Source: Chlorokybus atmophyticus
Lineage: Eukaryota > Plantae > Mesostigma and Chlorokybus algae
NCBI GenBank assembly: GCA_009103225.1
Contig: RHPI01003491.1
Location: 301,385 to 339,316, forward strand
Length of the DNA stretch: 37,932 bases
Reading direction: 5' to 3'
The position numbers and the translations under genes are program-made. Shown here one piece after another: positions 31,560 through 37,932 of the stretch (the first letter of the stretch is position 1; the number at the start of each line of letters is the position of its first letter). Under the pieces are notes generated by a model. It made no database searches, was not told the DNA's origin, and was given only the letters and a program-made list of their open reading frames with translations.

Positions 31560-34500
31560 AGTCGTGGGGTGCACTAGCAGGGCTGCAGGGTACGCTAGCG
31601 GTTCCCCGCAGTTTCCGGGACAGCGCATGGCCGAGTTGCCGATGAACGAGTACTTCTTGTTGTAGCCGTCGTACGTGTGCCAGCCGCAGTGCTTGCTGTG
31701 ACACACATTAGCCCCAACATCAGCGGGTGGGGAGTTGAATCGCGTGACACAATATCGGAGTTGACCTTACGTGTAAAAGCCACTTATTGTGACCGTGTTG
31801 TCGGTGATGACAAAGTACACGCCGTTTGGGTCAACTCAACCGCCAAAGTAAGGGCTCAACGCAGTGTTGCAGGCGAGGATTTGCACGTGGTTGTCGGTGA
31901 TACTGCACACACACACCCGTAAGAAAAAGTTGTGTACATGTCCAGATGCAATTTCAACATGTTGGTAGCCCACTCACGTCTAACCGTAGAAATAAATAGC
32001 CATTATAGAACACGCTTCCCATACACGAGCGGGTATCCAAAGCCAAAGTCCGTCGTGTAACGCGACTCGATGTTCCTCCGCCACTACGTGCTACTAGTAC
32101 CCTATGCTTTTGCCACACATCTGGTGAGAGTGTTGTGTAGGCATGCATGTGGTGTACATGTAGTCAAGTCAAACACTTCTCTCACCTGTGCGAGGGAAGC
32201 AAGTGTCGCACGCGTATTGGAGTATGGCAGACTCACCCAGCTGCCATGAAAAGCGTAGTATACATTCACAGGCCTGCCCTGGCCCATCACAGGACCATGA
32301 AAGTGGTAGATGGGGGAGCTGATACCTGCGTGTAGCAAGATATACAACAATAGCAAAGGTCCGTGACAATGGCGCAAACATTGCAAACCAAGCACACATG
32401 CGCGCCCCACACACGCACATGCACACGCGCATGCGCACGCACATGCACTCGCACACACCGTGGCACACACACGCGCTGCGTGTGCGAGCGCATATGTGTG
32501 GGACGTGTTCTGTACCTGCATAGGTTAATACACCCCCTTCTCCTGGCCCGTGCTTGCGAGTGTGTGGGTCAATTGCGCCACTCGGTGCTTCTGCTCAGCA
32601 CACAGTACAACTTGAGTCAGCTGCTGCAACAGTTCCATCACACATGCAGTATGTAGTATATATGCCACTCACTGGCAGTGGAGGCGTTGTTGTGGTGAGC
32701 TGCAGCATAGACATCATGTTGGTGATGCATGTTGATGGGGTGGATGCGGAGAGGAGGCTTGTTGCTGTCGCTGTGGCTGGCAGAAGCGGTTGCCTTCTGC
32801 ACGTCCTCAGCAGTGATGTACTGCAGGCCTGTGAGCTCGACCATATCTGACCAACACAATCAGAAACCAAGTCAGTGGGGGATTTTTCAGAATGCAGAAC
32901 AGTTACTCACACGCACAGGTGTACACATGCATTGCCAACTGCACAACACACACCAACCTGGTAGGTCTTTAGCGGCAGCGCATTGTGGGATACCCTGCGT
33001 TCCAACCAGCAGCAGGCAGAGGCAGCTCAGGAAGGCTGAATGAGTAGTTGACGGCATGGTTGTAACACTCACTCACTCACACCAAGCCACCTCGCGCTGT
33101 CTCTCTTGCACCAACATCACTGAACAGACACCACTGCCACTGTTCCGCCCTTCTTCACCGTATATGTTGGCCTTCATACCTGTTACGCGGCCTTGGGCTG
33201 GCTTGGCTAGCAATGCGTGGCAGATTGGTGACTGTATAGGTGCACGTACAGGTTTGGGCGACCTACCAGCCACGCAGCCTCGCAAATGCCTATCGCGATG
33301 TTCTTTATTTTGTTGTTCGAGCATGTCATGTGCTGGTCGATTGGGACTCCCCCCCCCAACACACACACTGGGGAGTGATGCCCCACGCATGTCTGATCAC
33401 ATCATGTAAGGGCCAACGTTTAATATGCGAATGGTGGATGGACCGGCTTGCAAGAAGCCAAGTTGGTGTTGTCGTACCAAATGATGGCGTCATGCGTTCG
33501 TGCTGCTGATGTCAGCAAAACGTACCTATATGCAATCACTTGAACTAGCTACATAGGACCTACCTACTCCATGAAGGGGCAGCATGAGCCCAGAGCTCGG
33601 GTCCTTTGGCGTGAGGATGAGGCCTTTGCCGTTGAGGTTATGTGGTTTGCTGTTGCGTGCGCTATGACTGCAACTTTACCTCAGTCAGTCACCTTCCGGC
33701 CCCTACCAGCAGGCAGCAGTCTGAGAGTGGCATGTCAGGCAAGATGGTAATGCGAGCAAGTTGTGTCGTATATTGTCACCAACGAAACGGACAAGGACTG
33801 CTGCTGTATCACAACCTTGTAACTTTGGTGCACGTCTTGGAAACATGCCATACGTAGGTATGAAGGCACTGGGCTGAGCTGGGGTGGAATGGGCATGTTA
33901 CTTGCACTGAGTTTACTCATTGACTTAGGCCTAAGCCTTGGTAACACATGTCAGTCGAACTTGTCGCATTTTCAAGAATCAAAAGCGCCTGGAGCCCATC
34001 CGACAAAGCCAGGCGCTTTTCTGAGGCATTAGGCAGCAAGTAAGCGTGTGAAGGCAGACACACAGCCATGGCCACGGCGACAAGTCAAGTCACGTAACGC
34101 AGACTCAGAATGGGTCTCTCATCCGTTTGCCCAGGTGCGGTTGCGCAGTTGCGGCCGCAGGGCGCATCCTAGCAGCGGCAGTAGCAGATAAGTGCATGCC
34201 CTACCAATGCTGGTCCCAGCAGCCTGCGGTGTACATTGTATGCGATGAGGGGATGTGTAGCACTGGCTACATGCACTGCCACCCGCTCAGAATGAGAGGA
34301 AAGACGCTTGGGATTGGAGTAGTAGAGTCAACTGTGATGACTGAGTGTGCAGTTAGTGTGCCACACAGCCATTGGAGCGGCGTTCACTCCTATCTCCAGC
34401 AGCTGCCTCTTGCCGCTGCTGCTGCTGCTGCTGCTTGCAACTGGTCGCCCAGTGCAATGGATGACAACTTGCCAAACTGGTGGGTTGTGGGCATGTGTTA

Positions 34501-34990
34501 GCGCTAACTGTACATAGCCTGTGCTTACAGTGAGCTTGGCTGCTGCGGTTTCGTGTGAGGCGGTTGATTGCCAATCACTTGTCAACCGGGTTGGTCGTTT
34601 GCATAGACATGGCGCTCTGTTGTGACAAATTTGCACTTGTGTGCTTGCACTTGTCACAAACTTGCAGCGCAGTTTAACTGAAACTGCATCCACACATCAA
34701 GCACTTAGTTGCATGTCCTATGCATGCGCAGTTGCATGTCGCATTGTATGTACACACTTGGAACTTGCATCAAGCAAGAGATAAGTGAGTGATGTTAGCC
34801 GCACACCACTGCAAGCAGTTTATGGCGCACAACCCACTTTCGAAAGCAGTCTCAGCAACCCAAAACAACAACGCATAAGACCCATGCCATTCTTTGCAAT
34901 GTCTATCTAACACGCAGTGTCAACGCTGTCTACTTTGGTCACCAGCTGACTACAACGCTATTGCTGTACAAACTGCAGAACTGAAGCAAA

Positions 34991-36551
34991 CTACATTGCA
35001 AAGTAGTTGACCCCAGCACCACCATCAACGCTGATGATCTGCCCGGTAATAGACTTGGCCATTTTGTCATCGAATAGGAACGCCACCGCTGCGGCGACAT
35101 CTTCGCTCTCGACAAGTTTCCCAAGCGGGACCATGCTGCGCAGCGCATCTGCCACATTGAAGTTGGGGTTCACAGCTTGCCAGCGTTGGACTGCCATGTC
35201 AAGCATCTCTGATGGGGATGTGGGACCAGGAGCAATGGCGTTCACACGCACGCCCTTGCTTGCAACCTGAAGGTGAGAGTTAGGAGTGGACTGCAGTGCA
35301 TAACATTCACACGAAGGCTGCTTGTGTTGTGCATGCAGTGCGTACCTCCATTGCAGCGCCAATAGTGAAGCTGTTGAGAGCAGCCTTGCTGGCCTGGTAG
35401 TCCGTGTTGCCTGACTGCATCACCTTGTGGCCACCAACGCTGGTGTTGTTGACAATCGAGCCGTACCCTTGAGACAACATCTGCTTTAGCTCCGCCTAGC
35501 AAGTATGAGATGTTACTGCCCTGTTCCCCAATGACACTGACACTGCCAACCGTTAACATTACATTGTATTCATGACACACTACATTAATTGCGCGTGACA
35601 ACTTCGTCATGGTACATCATACAGAACCCTTGTCTGCCACAGCTATGCCACCTCCTGCTCACCTTCATGCAGGCTGCTTGGCTGATCGTGTTGATGTTGA
35701 AGGCCTTTGCCAGCTCATTCAAGTCCATGTCCACAAGTGGGCTAGGAGGTGAGCCATACCCTGAATTATGTGCAACAGTGTTAACCCAACCCGACCTGAC
35801 CTGCTTGGAGTTGCTGCTTGCTTTGCAACATACACGTGTGCCGTATCTACATTACACAGCAACTCAAACAATCGGTGTTTTCAAACTTACATTGTTTACT
35901 ATACCTGCATTGTTGAAGGCTCCATCCAGCTTGCCGTGCGCATCCACGATATCCCCCACAACCTGAACGAAAAACAGCAATGGTTGCATGCGTGAACGCA
36001 GAGTCTCAACACATGCTGCGCAGGTGCATGGGTAACACACCTTCTCAATCTGCGCCCAGTCTGTGACGTCCAATACAGCCACCGTTGCTGCAATTTCACA
36101 ACAAGAAATCCTCTCAGTCAGTAACAGCGACATGCATAATGCATACACAAGCACAGTTCTTGTTTGGTGTTTGCATGCAGTCATTGCAGCTCACCTTGGC
36201 CCTTGCCAGTGGCATTGATCTTGTCTCTAAGGACTTCCAGGCGGTCTTTGCGGCGGGCGGCAATCCAGACGTGGGCGCCCTGGGCGGCGAGGTGCTCCGC
36301 TGTGACGGCGCCAATGCCGCTGCTGGCGCCAGTCACCAGAAACACCTTGCCTTCGAACCTGTGAGGTGCATTGCACGACCAGTCAGCTCAGCCATGGCCT
36401 GATCAACCTGTAATTTTTCAAATCTCAGTTTGTTGACGTCTCAATCAGCAAGAATGCTGATAAGCAGCAGCCAAGTGCAGCACATATTGAGTTAACAACA
36501 TAACAATATACAAGTACACATGGACCAATGCTACCTTGCAGACGATGACAT
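34991..36551 (-). CDS. SDR5: classical short-chain dehydrogenase/reductase, 269 aa, 7 exons, intact; inverted twin of SDR1
   Basis: Exons 36551-36535, 36358-36195, 36087-36041, 35962-35905, 35760-35663, 35495-35346, 35266-34991. TGASSGIG, NNAG and YQASK are present; all splice sites GT-AG. Confidence 0.93.
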
Positions 36552-37932
36552 GATGGGCAAGGAGAGGAGCGTGGAGAGGAGTGCCTAACACTATTGCGTA
36601 AGGCTGCTTGTAATGCTTTAGGCAACGCACAAAGGTGTGCTTGTAAGGATGTCCACCAGCGCAGCGGAGCTGTTCGAGACGCACTGAGAGTGGCAAGCAA
36701 ACATGTTCGCCATCACATGCGCCGCACTGAGCATTTATACAGCTATGCTGCACGACCCTTGTCAACGTACTTTGGTACGTTCACCAAAGTACGGTACCGA
36801 GGCTTCTGGTTTGCTGTACCTTGCCGATTAAGCAAGTGGCTAAGGTAAGTAACACGCGTCGCTCAGCAATTCAGCGATAGTGCTCATGGAAGTGCACCGA
36901 TTATCGACGCTTTGAGCATTGGTCGGTGCAATAGACGATCGACGCACTGTGCATGGGGACGGCCATGTGAGCGTCCGCGGTGGCGGCAGGGGCGGCGGTG
37001 GTGGCGAGGGAAGTTATTGCTCTTGAAATTGGCTTATGTGTGATCGCTGCTGGTGCGTGCGCCCATGGCGTTGTTGGTGACTGGATTGTCTTGGTGAAAT
37101 GCAACGAAAAGCGCGTGTGTATATGGTTTAGATTATGGGATGTTATGCACAAACATGCGTGCAAGTGGAGTAGGCACAACAAGCAGAGGCGGTTGATATT
37201 ATGTCAGGGCCACATTCTAACTACCTTATATGTTGCCATGTACTGTGCAAAGCACTGATAATGGCGCAGACAGGTAGCAATGGCTCAATTGATTAACTTA
37301 AAGATTCAGGGCAGTGTATGTGCGAGCACGCACACACGCCAGTGAGCAAGTTTTCACGGCCTTCATGTAGAATTATACTACCGCAGCTTGACACCAATTT
37401 GCTACGAAGCTTACAAAGTCGAAGAATGAAATTGCGTGCGAACATGCATGGACACTTGTCATGGCGGTTTATGTATGTACATAAAGCACCATGATAGAAA
37501 TAGCAAGGGATAAGGAAATCAATATAAGGTATGACATTCGCATGCCATAGGCGCATAGATGTTGCACAAATGGAGGGTATCACGAGTCTCAAATTAATGA
37601 AACATGATGTAAACAATACCAGCAGCAAATTTACGATTAAGTCATACGTGTTCATTTGTTAAAATCTACACGTATGTGCATATATGAATTGCGGATATTT
37701 GACATCATATGTAGCACATTATGCTTCATTACATAATGCATGTGTATGAAGGTATCATCGATAATGCAATGCAACTTGTCAGTTGTGATATAAGCACCCA
37801 ATTAACACGGTTTGATGTTGAATTGATGCAAGATGCATACATCATCACCATCTAGCTTACCATATTTACCCCATTGCGGTCCCCCCTTTTTAATACAGTT
37901 CCCCCCTTGATTAAGCAGGGAACTGTATACGG

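Larger units (their letters stand above)
30091..33057 (-). pseudogene. PHI-1/EXORDIUM-like copy 2, pseudogene truncated after exon 7
   Basis: ATG at 33057 (MPSTTHSAFLSCLCLLLVG); exons 1-4 are open. TAG at 32086-32084, frameshifts in exon 5, TGA at 31838-31836. Exon 7 is split by an insertion (30136-31559), with NDWAADMMASVMAHE resuming at 30135-30091. No clear exons 8-9. Confidence 0.88.
29900..37160 (-). repeat. Right arm of the inverted segmental duplication
   Basis: Mirror of 7655-14500: SDR5, spacer 33.1-34.9 kb matching 10.85-12.9 kb, and PHI-1 copy exons 1-7. Ends are approximate. Confidence 0.85.

Noticed and set aside
1-37932. CRISPR arrays, tRNA or rRNA genes, prokaryotic operons
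   Set aside because: No regular repeat-spacer array or RNA-gene signature seen; genes are spliceosomal-intron-containing eukaryotic genes.

Overview
Eukaryotic, intron-rich DNA (GT-AG introns, TGCA-rich, two N gaps). The gene content suggests a green alga; that assignment is inference. Most ORFs in the supplied track are intron read-throughs or antisense noise, so genes were rebuilt by hand. 1-7.6 kb is a nest of decayed mobile elements: a Penelope-like RT remnant, a gag/zinc-knuckle/protease LTR-type element, a motif-array island and a ~200-bp tandem duplication. 7.65-37.16 kb is a gene cluster bounded by a large diverged inverted duplication (arms ~7.65-14.5 kb and ~29.9-37.16 kb), each arm carrying an SDR gene, a shared spacer and a PHI-1/EXORDIUM-like gene. 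The cluster holds five 7-exon paralogues of a classical NADP(H)-type short-chain dehydrogenase: two intact canonical copies, one intact copy with catalytic Tyr->His, and two pseudogenes. It also holds an intact 9-exon secreted PHI-1/EXORDIUM-like gene, its disrupted twin, and a decayed PhoX-type alkaline phosphatase. Best leads: the co-location of two phosphate-linked families with a bacterial-looking SDR array, patchy arm-to-arm homogenisation, and the HxxxK SDR variant.
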